Numbered from the stretch's first letter, positions 32,227-40,152 are shown. The stretch: 61,849 bases of DNA from an uncultured Planctomycetia bacterium (GCA_964605645.1 CAZSDJ010000003.1:1-61849), one strand, 5' to 3'. Notes: generated by a model not told the origin, from the letters alone. A program made the numbers and translations.

Positions 32227-32305
32227 CGGGGTCGTCGATTAGTCTGGCTTAAGTCCCCTGCCTGTCACGCAGGTGATCGTGGGTTCGAATCCCATCGACC
32301 CCGCC
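32227..32305 (+). tRNA. tRNA-Asp (anticodon GUC), CCA encoded
   Basis: Hand-folded. Acceptor GGGGTCG/CGACCCC, D stem GATT/AGTC, anticodon arm CCTGC-CTGTCAC-GCAGG, T arm GTGGG-TTCGAAT-CCCAT. Confidence 0.8.
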
Positions 32306-32370
32306 ATATTTCGTCCTTTGATTTTGACGTAATCACGTGAAGTAGAAAAGGGTCACACCTGTTTAATTTA

Positions 32371-32399
32371 TTGACAGATGCATTACCCAAGCATATAAT
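32371..32399 (+). promoter_or_regulatory. sigma70-type promoter of RAYT unit 2
   Basis: TTGACA (32371-32376), 17-nt spacer, TATAAT (32394-32399), 7 nt before the ATG at 32407. Confidence 0.55.
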
Positions 32400-32406
32400 A
32401 TTGAAC

Positions 32407-33069
32407 ATGTCTCGCCAGATTCGTTACATTGTCCCCAAAATCCCTCATCACGCTCTCCAGCGAGGCAATAATCGTCAGGTAATATTTTTTGATGAAAAAA
32501 ACAAAAAGTATTTCTGCGATAATCTTAAAAAATACAGCAGAGAACAAAAAGTCTCTATCGGCGCCTATTGCCTCATGACTAACCACCTGCATTTACTCAT
32601 ATACCCGGATACAGAGAAAGGTTTAATCAATTTTATGAAAGCTATCAGTCAAACTTATACTCAGTATATTAACCGGAAATATAAAAGAAGCGGTAAGTTG
32701 TGGGAGAATAGGTATAAGTTGCACTTGGTTGACCCTGATTATGAGCGGGTAGTATCCCGCTATATCGAATTAAATCCAGTCAGGGCTAATATGGTAAATA
32801 ATCCTTGCGATTATCAGTATTCAAGCGCGAGAAAAAACCTTAAAAATATATCAGATTGCATAGTAAACATAAATATAATTAAAGGAAAACATAAAGATTA
32901 TCAGGATTTCATAAAAGAAAAGATCCAAGAAAAGGAATTAAAGAAAATACGCGAGGCCTTACAACAAAACAAAGCCTTCGGCACAGAAAAGTTTATCAAA
33001 GGATTAGAGAAAAGATTCAATAAAACTTTTAAAGTAAGAAAAAGAGGCAGGCCTATAAGTGAAAAATAG
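32407..33069 (+). CDS. REP-associated tyrosine transposase-like protein (Y1_Tnp superfamily)
   Basis: Start moved to MSRQIRY, because the track start is the TTG of the -35 box. IPHHALQRGNNRQ, HUH NHLHLLI, YIELNPVRA. Confidence 0.8.
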   Translation: MSRQIRYIVPKIPHHALQRGNNRQVIFFDEKNKKYFCDNLKKYSREQKVSIGAYCLMTNHLHLLIYPDTEKGLINFMKAISQTYTQYINRKYKRSGKLWENRYKLHLVDPDYERVVSRYIELNPVRANMVNNPCDYQYSSARKNLKNISDCIVNINIIKGKHKDYQDFIKEKIQEKELKKIREALQQNKAFGTEKFIKGLEKRFNKTFKVRKRGRPISEK

Positions 33070-33071
33070 GT

Positions 33072-33224
33072 GTGACCACTTTTGCTCTTTTGCTCACTCT
33101 CTACCGGTTAATTAAACAAGGCAAACTTCCTAATTTTAAAGTTGGCGGCCAGTGGCGGGTTAAAAAAGAGCTGCTTGATTCGTGGATCAGAAAAAAGCCG
33201 GAAGAAAATAAAAAAGAGGAGTAA
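33072..33224 (+). pseudogene. truncated excisionase-type (HTH_17-like) DNA-binding gene fragment
   Basis: My translation is ...LYRLIKQGKLPNFKVGGQWRVKKELLDSWIRKKPEENKKEE, which matches the recognition helix and wing of excisionase-family HTH proteins. The first helix is missing and the fragment starts inside the right repeat of RAYT unit 2. Confidence 0.45.
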
Positions 33225-33240
33225 TAAAAAGAGAGAAGTT

Positions 33241-33747
33241 ATGGAGCAGAAAAGCAGGCATAATTGGTATGCTTTATATACAAAGTCCCGCCATGAGAAG
33301 TTTGTTGAGGCAGAACTTCTCAAAAAAGGCATAGCGGCCTTTACTCCCAAAGTAACTTACCGCCGGAGATGGTCAGACCGGATAAAATATATCAAAGAGC
33401 CTTTATTTAAAAGCTATTGTTTTGCCAAATTCCCCTTAAAAGATAAACCTAAAGTTGTTTCCCAGGCCGGGGTGGTTACGGTGGTCCATTTTAGAAGCCA
33501 GTATATTCCTATCTCTGAGAAAACCATTGATTCTTTAAAGATTATTACCACTACTAATTACCAAGCAAATCCCTGTCCTTACCTAAAGACAGGTGATTAT
33601 GTATATATAAAGAAAGGCCCCCTAAAAGGGGTAGAAGGGTTTATTTTAGAAAAGAGAAACAAAAACACAAGCGTTGTTATCTCAGTTGATGCTTTGGCAT
33701 CAGCGGTTAGTTGTGTTGTAGGGATAGATTGCGTCGAGCTCTCGTAG
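33241..33747 (+). CDS. UpxY-like NusG-family transcription antiterminator
   Basis: Start at MEQKSRHNWYALYTKSRHEK (NGN domain). KOW motif GDYVYIKKGPLKGVEGFILEK. Sits upstream of a polysaccharide locus. Confidence 0.75.
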   Translation: MEQKSRHNWYALYTKSRHEKFVEAELLKKGIAAFTPKVTYRRRWSDRIKYIKEPLFKSYCFAKFPLKDKPKVVSQAGVVTVVHFRSQYIPISEKTIDSLKIITTTNYQANPCPYLKTGDYVYIKKGPLKGVEGFILEKRNKNTSVVISVDALASAVSCVVGIDCVELS

Positions 33748-34047
33748 TTAGTTCTTAGCTCATTGCTTTTAATTTATAGCCTTGTTTCGACAGATGATGG
33801 ATGATCGCTTCGCTAAGACGACAGACGAAAAATATTTCATCCCTGCCTGCCGCCTGCCTATCGGCAGACAGGGCAGGCAGGCTTTCGTCCCTCGTTCGTC
33901 GGTATCTTCTTTAGCCACAAGCCAATCTGGGAGTGAGGCGGCGGAGCTGTAGCTGGAGGAGTTGTGAACGGGGTCTAAGGGGTCAGGTCTTTACACTTGA
34001 CATAATCTTGTTTATCCGCTAAAGTGTTAATAAACAAAGAGGTAAAT

Positions 34048-35004
34048 GTGGCCAGGCCATTACGAATTGAATATCAAGATGCATTTTATCATATAATCCA
34101 GCGCGGATTCGAAAAAAGAAATATTTTAAAAAAAAATCAAAATAAAACAAAGTTTCTTCAATACCTGTCTCAGAGTTACCAAAAATACCAATCAATCTGC
34201 CATAGCTATTGTTTGATGGATAATCACTACCATTTGATTATCCAAACCCCCAAAGCAAACCTTACCAAAGTAATGCATTATGTAAATGCTAGCTATGCAA
34301 TCTACTACAACAAAAGAAATAAAAGAACCGGCCCTTTATATCAAGGCAGGTATAAATCTATACTAATTGAAGCTGACCAATACTTAGATCATCTAAGCCG
34401 GTATATCCACTTAAACCCCGTACGGGCAAAAATTGTTAAAAATCCCCAAGATTATCCTTGGTCCAGTTATCAATATTTTCTTAGGAAGAAAGCGCCGGAA
34501 AAATGGCTGGAACCCCTTTTTATATTATCTAACTTTGGCAAAAAAGCCAAAGAAGCTAGCAGTGCTTACCGGGATTTTGTGCTGGAAGGCAGAGGTAGGG
34601 AAAAGGAAATACAAAGCTACATAAAAGAAAATACCCATCACGGTTTAATTTTAGGAAGCAATAACTTTTCTCAAAACATATACGATAAATATATAAAAAG
34701 AAAAAAAGATACAGAAATACCAGTAACCAGATGTTTCCAAAAAGACAACGGCCTGACTAAAGAAAGGGTAGAGAGTATTGTTAGGAACATAGTAAAAGAT
34801 GAGGCAAAAATAAGAAAGTTTACAATATACACACTAAAGCGATATACCCAAAAAACCCTCAAAGAAATTTCAGCTAGTTACAAAGGGATTGGGTATACCG
34901 GGGTCAGTATATTATGCAAGCGGCTGGAAGAAAAAAGAAAGAAAGATAAAAATACCGGCCGGGCGATTGCCAAGATAGAAAGTATGTGTAATGTGAAGAC
35001 CTGA
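34048..35004 (+). CDS. Y1/HUH transposase-like protein with C-terminal DnaA-domain-IV-like HTH
   Basis: GTG start chosen by alignment to MARPLRIEY of the 41544 paralog. FYHIIQRG, HUH NHYHLII, YIHLNPVRA. C-terminal tail YTQKTLKEISASYKGIGYTGVSILCKRLEE. Confidence 0.75.
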   Translation: MARPLRIEYQDAFYHIIQRGFEKRNILKKNQNKTKFLQYLSQSYQKYQSICHSYCLMDNHYHLIIQTPKANLTKVMHYVNASYAIYYNKRNKRTGPLYQGRYKSILIEADQYLDHLSRYIHLNPVRAKIVKNPQDYPWSSYQYFLRKKAPEKWLEPLFILSNFGKKAKEASSAYRDFVLEGRGREKEIQSYIKENTHHGLILGSNNFSQNIYDKYIKRKKDTEIPVTRCFQKDNGLTKERVESIVRNIVKDEAKIRKFTIYTLKRYTQKTLKEISASYKGIGYTGVSILCKRLEEKRKKDKNTGRAIAKIESMCNVKT

Positions 35005-35133
35005 CCCCCATAGGTGGCTTCATTATGCAAGCGGCTGGAAGAAAAAAGAAAGAAAGATAAAAATACCGGCCGGGCGATTGCCAAGATAGAAAGTATGTGT
35101 AATGTGAAGACCTGACCCCCATAGGTGGCTTCA
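34912..35133. repeat. perfect 111-bp tandem duplication (x2) covering the 3-prime end of the Y1 gene plus its right inverted repeat
   Basis: Unit 34912-35022 reads identically by eye to 35023-35133. Confidence 0.85.
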
Positions 35134-35282
35134 AATACTCCAGTGCCAAAAAACACCTTAAAAATACAAAAGACGATATAGTAAATATAGATATAATTAA
35201 AGGAAAACAAAAAGGCTATCAGGATTTCATAAATGAAAAGATAGCAGAAAAAGCCGGTAAAGATAAAATAGGTGTAGACCAC
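35134..35282 (+). pseudogene. C-terminal remnant of a unit-2-type RAYT gene with its right repeat
   Basis: Translates to YSSAKKHLKNTKDDIVNIDIIKGKQKGYQDFINEKIAEK, parallel to YSSARKNLKNISDCIVNINIIKGKHKDYQDFIKEKIQEK of 32407-33069. Ends in AAAATAGGTGTAGACCAC. Confidence 0.7.
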
Positions 35283-35363
35283 GCCGGGTTTGACGGAAAA
35301 AACTTGTATAATTCGAAAAACAGTGTATACTTACTGCAATAGACATTTAACATTTAGCGCTAT

Positions 35364-35957
35364 ATGGAGCGAAAACTTAAACCAATATATGTTCAGCAGT
35401 TTCTACTGGAAAAAGGTGTGCGGCTTTTTTCACCGTCTGACTTCCGGCGTATCTTCGCCGTATCCTTACGGGCGGCCCAAGAATTCATCAAGGACCACAG
35501 CCAGGACCTTTTCTTGAAAATAAGAAACGGTCTTTATGCTCTGCGTGCCGAGTTGCCCCAAGAAGAAGCCATAGCTAATCGGCTATATGCGCCAAGCTAC
35601 ATCTCTTTTGAGTATGCCCTGACTCGATACGGCATTATACCCGAATCCGTCTATGCCGTAACATCGGCGACAACCCGAATAACCCGTGAATTTACAGTCA
35701 ATAATAAATCTTTTACTTATTCTCACATCAAAAAACAGGCTTTTCAGGGCTATAAAACAGAGAAAAAAAACGGTACTACTCTCCTTATTGCCGAACCGGA
35801 AAAGGCCTTCGTAGATTATCTTTATTTTGTAGATCTGAAACGTAAACCCTTGAACGAGCGCCTCGATACCCGCAGAATAAAGAAAAAAACCGTCACGGAA
35901 TATATCAAGTTTTTTGGCAGGAAAAGTTTAACAAGGCTGGTTAAAGAAATTTTATGA
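35364..35957 (+). CDS. AbiEi-family type IV antitoxin / transcriptional regulator
   Basis: 197 aa. SYISFEYALTRYGIIPE and IAEPEKAFVDYLYF resemble AbiEi. 4-nt ATGA overlap with the downstream nucleotidyltransferase. Confidence 0.65.
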   Translation: MERKLKPIYVQQFLLEKGVRLFSPSDFRRIFAVSLRAAQEFIKDHSQDLFLKIRNGLYALRAELPQEEAIANRLYAPSYISFEYALTRYGIIPESVYAVTSATTRITREFTVNNKSFTYSHIKKQAFQGYKTEKKNGTTLLIAEPEKAFVDYLYFVDLKRKPLNERLDTRRIKKKTVTEYIKFFGRKSLTRLVKEIL

Positions 35958-36694
35958 TTGGAAAAAGGCAAATTCAGAAACTAGCCGGGCTTTGGCAGAC
36001 AACTCTTGATAACGTTGTGCGGGAGTATTTTCAGCAATTATTTCTTTCATGGCTTTATCAGGGAAAGGGATCCGATAAACTACTTTTTAAGGGAGGGACA
36101 GCCCTGCGGGTTATCTGGCAGAATCCGCGGTTTTCGGAGGATTTGGACTTTACCGGAGTGACTGTGTCAGTAAAAAAGATTGAAACATTGATGGAAGAGA
36201 CGCTTGCCAAAATGGAGATGGAGGGCATTCAGACCGAAATCGTTGAGTCGAAAAGCACTCCCGGCGGTTATCTTGCTATATTTCAGTTTAAAACCAACGA
36301 ATATAACAGCCGGATTCAGATCGAGGTATCTCTGCGAAACGGCAAAAAAGAAGGAGGGACAGCAGTTCTTATTCGGTCCGAGCTTGTTATGCCATATACA
36401 CTCGTTCATCTCAAAGAAGAGGTTCTTGTTTCCGAAAAAATACAGGCCTGTCTTACGCGCGGTAAGGCACGGGATTTTTACGATCTTTATTTTATTCTCC
36501 GAAGCCGTATGGCATTCAAAGACATATTTCTTAGAGATAAGCAATTAAAATCAAAAATCATTAAAGTCATTAAGGCAGGGAAATTGGATTTTAGGCGTGA
36601 GCTTAAGATGTTTCTTCCCGTCAGCCAACACATGGTTATCAAGGGTTTTCCAACGACACTTTTATCGGAAATTGAACGAAATGTGGCAGGATAA
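35954..36694 (+). CDS. AbiEii/DUF1814 nucleotidyltransferase toxin
   Basis: 246 aa. LLFKGGTALRVIW..RFSEDLDFT is the family signature. Confidence 0.75.
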   Translation: MIGKRQIQKLAGLWQTTLDNVVREYFQQLFLSWLYQGKGSDKLLFKGGTALRVIWQNPRFSEDLDFTGVTVSVKKIETLMEETLAKMEMEGIQTEIVESKSTPGGYLAIFQFKTNEYNSRIQIEVSLRNGKKEGGTAVLIRSELVMPYTLVHLKEEVLVSEKIQACLTRGKARDFYDLYFILRSRMAFKDIFLRDKQLKSKIIKVIKAGKLDFRRELKMFLPVSQHMVIKGFPTTLLSEIERNVAG

Positions 36695-36825
36695 GGTAGA
36701 GAGAAGATTGTAAATTAGGGGATACATTGGGCCACCCCGAGTTTGACGGACACTAAAAAAGAGAATTTCCCGAACCCAAGTATTGTGCCCTCCGAACCTG
36801 CCCGTTGCGTCGAGCTCTCCTGAAA

Positions 36826-36873
36826 CACAGATGATATCTGTGTCAATCTGTTGTTCATCTGTGTATATCTGTG
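36826..36873 (+). promoter_or_regulatory. phased ATCTGTG repeats (one inverted plus four direct copies at 10-11 bp spacing)
   Basis: CACAGAT at 36826-36832. ATCTGTG, ATCTGTT, ATCTGTG, ATCTGTG at 36836, 36846, 36857 and 36867. Lies 41 bp upstream of the first polysaccharide-locus gene. Confidence 0.45.
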
Positions 36874-36913
36874 ATTAACATGGGAGTGAGGCGGCGGAGC
36901 TGTCCCCTGTTGT

Positions 36914-37687
36914 ATGAAATTTTGGATTACCGAAAAGGAAGTTAATAATTGGTTTAAAGAAAAGAATGTATTTTTTATTTTGGGCATGGGAAGGTCTGGA
37001 ACAAAATTGTTAGCTGACTTATTGAATAAAGAGAAAAAAAGTGCCGTTTTTCATGAACCGGTCAATGAAGATTTTCGCGCTGTAGTTGAGGCTCATAAAT
37101 CAGAAACTTTAGCCGACAAGTATATAAAAAAATTTAGAAAAAAAAGAAGTTATAGTTTACTGAAAAATAAAGATATTAAAACTTATGGGGAGGTAAATTC
37201 TGCATTAAGATTTCACGCTAAGGCTTTGAAAAAAAATTTTCCTCAGTCAAATTTGTTACATTTGGTACGTAATGGTAAAGATGTGGTTAGGTCATTAATG
37301 AGTAGAGGCCATTACACTAAAGACGGAGTAGGCCATCACTTATTGAAACCTAACAAGGATGATCCACTTAGAAAAAAATGGGATAACTTGAACCGATTTG
37401 AAAAAATTTGTTGGTTATGGAAAGATGCCAATGAACGTATAAGCAGAGAAATTGATACATTTATAAAAATTGAAGAAATATCAAGTGACTATAATTATTT
37501 TAAAAAACATGTTTTGTCTCCAATTAATTTTAATATTTCTAAAGACGTATGGAGAAAGTCCGTTAAAAATCCTAAAAATGCGACAAAAAAATATGAGATT
37601 GAACACTGGACAAAGTGGGATATATCTCTCTTAAATTCTTTTAATAAAATTTGCGGAAAAGAAAATGAAAAATATGGGTATATGTAG
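36914..37687 (+). CDS. sulfotransferase family protein
   Basis: 257 aa. PAPS-binding loop FILGMGRSGTKLLADLL and LVRNGKDVVRS. Confidence 0.7.
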   Translation: MKFWITEKEVNNWFKEKNVFFILGMGRSGTKLLADLLNKEKKSAVFHEPVNEDFRAVVEAHKSETLADKYIKKFRKKRSYSLLKNKDIKTYGEVNSALRFHAKALKKNFPQSNLLHLVRNGKDVVRSLMSRGHYTKDGVGHHLLKPNKDDPLRKKWDNLNRFEKICWLWKDANERISREIDTFIKIEEISSDYNYFKKHVLSPINFNISKDVWRKSVKNPKNATKKYEIEHWTKWDISLLNSFNKICGKENEKYGYM

Positions 37688-37699
37688 GTAATTATTCTT

Positions 37700-38383
37700 A
37701 TGAAAAGTAAAATATTCAATCCATCATACACTGGTTTTAGAGATGATATTTTTAATTTTATTACTTATGATATCACGAGGGTTTTAGATATTGGTTGTAG
37801 TATTGGTGTGCTCGGGGAAAAAATTAAGCGGAGGTATAACTCCGAAGTTACTGGGATAGAGAAAGATGAAAAAATGGCCAAAGTTGCTAAAAAAAAGTTG
37901 AATTATTTAATAAGAGGAGACATTGAAAATATCAACCTTCATAAATATTTTTCAGAAAATTATTTTGATTGTGTGATTTTTGCAGATATACTTGAACATC
38001 TAAAAAACCCTTGGGAAGTTTTAAGAAATAGTATGGATTTTTTAAGTAATGACGGTGTTGTGATTATAAGTATACCAAATGTTAGGCATTGGAATACAAT
38101 TTTTAATTTAGTCTTTAAAGGATATTGGCCTTATAGGAGGAGGGGGATACATGACACATCTCACTTACGGTTTTTTACTTATAAAAATATAATGGAAATG
38201 CTTAAATATGCAGAGTTAGAAGTAACTACGTTAAAGAGAAAATACAGATTATTAGAAAACCCTTATCGAAAAATGAGTTTTGTAAATAGATTTTTGAAAT
38301 ATGTACCAATTCCTATTTTAAGAGAATTTTTAGTGTTTCAGTATATAATAGTTGCCCGGAAAATTAGGAGGCAGAAATTATAA
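37700..38383 (+). CDS. class I SAM-dependent methyltransferase
   Basis: 227 aa. Motif I VLDIGCSIGVLG and post-I/II CVIFADILEHL. Confidence 0.75.
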   Translation: MKSKIFNPSYTGFRDDIFNFITYDITRVLDIGCSIGVLGEKIKRRYNSEVTGIEKDEKMAKVAKKKLNYLIRGDIENINLHKYFSENYFDCVIFADILEHLKNPWEVLRNSMDFLSNDGVVIISIPNVRHWNTIFNLVFKGYWPYRRRGIHDTSHLRFFTYKNIMEMLKYAELEVTTLKRKYRLLENPYRKMSFVNRFLKYVPIPILREFLVFQYIIVARKIRRQKL

Positions 38384-38390
38384 AGGCTAA

Positions 38391-39090
38391 CAAAAAATTC
38401 TGTTAACCGGTGGAATGGAACAAGGAAAATGCGAATACAAATGCTCTGATTGCCAAGCGGTATTAGAACCTAAACCTACTCCAGAAAATAAACCGCTTGT
38501 CTCTACAAGTATTTATGCTCAAACTAAGAAAGACCAGGAAGAGATGGCTTTAATAATAGGAAAAACTTATGATATACCTACAGTAGCTTTGAGATACTTT
38601 AATGTGTACGGCCCCAGACAGAGTTTAAATAATCCCTATACTGGAGTTTGCGCAATTTTTAGTAGTAGGATAAAGAATAATAATCCTCCTCTTATCTTTG
38701 AAGATGGTAATCAGAGTAGAGATTTTGTACACGTTGAAGATATCGCAAGAGTCAATCAACTAGTGCTAGAAAAAGAAGAAGCTAACATGAAAGTTTTTAA
38801 TGTAGGAACAGGGGTGGCAAGGACTATAAAAGAAATCGCTGAATTACTAATAAACTTATATGACAAACAAGGCAAATTAGATTATAAAGTTGTAGAAAAG
38901 TTCAGAAAGGGAGACATAAGACACTGTTACTCTGATATTTCTCATCTTAAAAAGATTCTCAATTATGAACCAAAAAAAGCTTTAAACAGGGGATGAAGGA
39001 ACTGATAGACTGGGGCAAGGAACAAAACGCCATTGATAAATTTAAAAAAGCTTCAAGTGAGTTAGAAAAAAAAGTTAAAAGTGCAGAGTA
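38391..39090 (+). pseudogene. NAD-dependent sugar epimerase/dehydratase with internal deletion and 3-prime frameshift
   Basis: In frame upstream of the track ORF, QKILLTGG (the start of the Rossmann motif) joins directly to the mid-protein segment CEYKCSDC...YAQTK (catalytic YxxxK region). The usual C-terminal GMKELIDW... continues in the +1 frame after 38990 and ends in a RAYT right-end fragment. Confidence 0.7.
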
Positions 39091-39156
39091 GAGACCTGAT
39101 TCCTGATACTAGAGCGGAAATATCTTATAAAGAAAGAGAAGAAAGAATTTAAGCAA

Positions 39157-40116
39157 ATGATTTCTCCACAAATCAAAACTATAACAATACAGATACTTAA
39201 GGCTTTAAAGCTGTATGAGTTTGTGAGAAATGTAGCCAAAAACTGCCGTTTCTTTAGAGTTATTTTGAAAAGCAGATTTGCTACACTTGAATACCGTTAT
39301 ACTAACTTTCAAACAAAACCCAACAAGAAAATAGTTTGTGTTATTGTATCCTGCTGCAATTATTTGGAATACACAAAACAAGCGCTCAATTCATATTATG
39401 CTGCGCTAGATAGTGATTATAACTATATATTAATCGTCATGGATGATCATTCAACAGGTCAGACAAAATCATTTTTTTCGGAAGATTTAAAAAAGCTCAC
39501 GAATATATGTTATTTCCGTTACAGAAAAAATAGGGGTTTAACCCAAACCTGGAACGATGGTGTTTTGTTTGTGTTAAAAAAAATTAAGGCTGATTATGTA
39601 TTTCTTATTAACAATGATACTATCATACCTAAAAATACCTTTCATAAAATGCTAGCTCATCTTGAGAGTCACAAAGAAGCGGGTGCTATTGGCCCCTTGA
39701 CAAATTGCCCCGGCTTTCAACCACGTCAGGATATAAGAGAATTTTATCCAGCTTATGCAGCATCTGATTTACAACTAGATATCCAGGCAGCCGCTGATAT
39801 AATAAAAGAAAATAAACCTGTTGAGGTGGGATATATCAATGGGTTTTTCATGGGTTTTTCGAGGGAGGCTTTTGAGAAAAACGTGCATTCTTATTTTTTA
39901 TCTAAGCCTTATTATTTCAATCCCCTAAATAGAAATACGGGCAACGAAGACGAATTCTTGCTACGGCTTAAACAGGCTGGATTTAAAATTCTCATGGCAA
40001 CGGATGTGTTTGTTTTTCATTATAAGGATATTAGTCAACATAGATTTACAAAAGGAGAAATGGTGCTTTTCAGAAAAGGGAAAGATACTCTGAAAAGAAA
40101 TCTTAAAGGCGAATAA
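39157..40116 (+). CDS. family 2 glycosyltransferase
   Basis: 319 aa. GT-A fold hints (IVCVIVSCCN, VMDDHSTG, INNDT). Confidence 0.6.
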   Translation: MISPQIKTITIQILKALKLYEFVRNVAKNCRFFRVILKSRFATLEYRYTNFQTKPNKKIVCVIVSCCNYLEYTKQALNSYYAALDSDYNYILIVMDDHSTGQTKSFFSEDLKKLTNICYFRYRKNRGLTQTWNDGVLFVLKKIKADYVFLINNDTIIPKNTFHKMLAHLESHKEAGAIGPLTNCPGFQPRQDIREFYPAYAASDLQLDIQAAADIIKENKPVEVGYINGFFMGFSREAFEKNVHSYFLSKPYYFNPLNRNTGNEDEFLLRLKQAGFKILMATDVFVFHYKDISQHRFTKGEMVLFRKGKDTLKRNLKGE

Positions 40117-40152
40117 TCAAAGACCGGGTATTTTGAAGAATAGCAGAAACTA

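Larger units (their letters stand above)
32346..33079 (+). mobile_element. RAYT-like unit 2: inverted repeat, promoter, Y1 gene, inverted repeat
   Basis: AAAAGGGTCACACCTGTTT on the left and AAATAGGTGTGACCAC on the right, the latter overlapping the stop codon. Confidence 0.6.
33979..35133 (+). mobile_element. RAYT-like unit 3 (DnaA_C-like subclass) with duplicated right end
   Basis: Left repeat GGGGTCAGGTCTTTACACT followed by TTGACA-17-TAAAGT. The right repeat GTGAAGACCTGACCCC is present twice because of a 111-bp tandem duplication. Confidence 0.6.

Noticed and set aside
34878-35282. Minus-strand ORFs of 134 aa and 81 aa with internally repeated peptide sequence
   Set aside because: The peptide repetition is produced by the 111-bp tandem duplication of the plus-strand RAYT gene end. 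There is no independent coding evidence.
36715-36987. 90-aa minus-strand ORF across the leader upstream of the sulfotransferase gene
   Set aside because: It overlaps the duplicated anchor and ATCTGTG repeats as well as the start of a well-supported plus-strand gene. It has no recognisable motifs.
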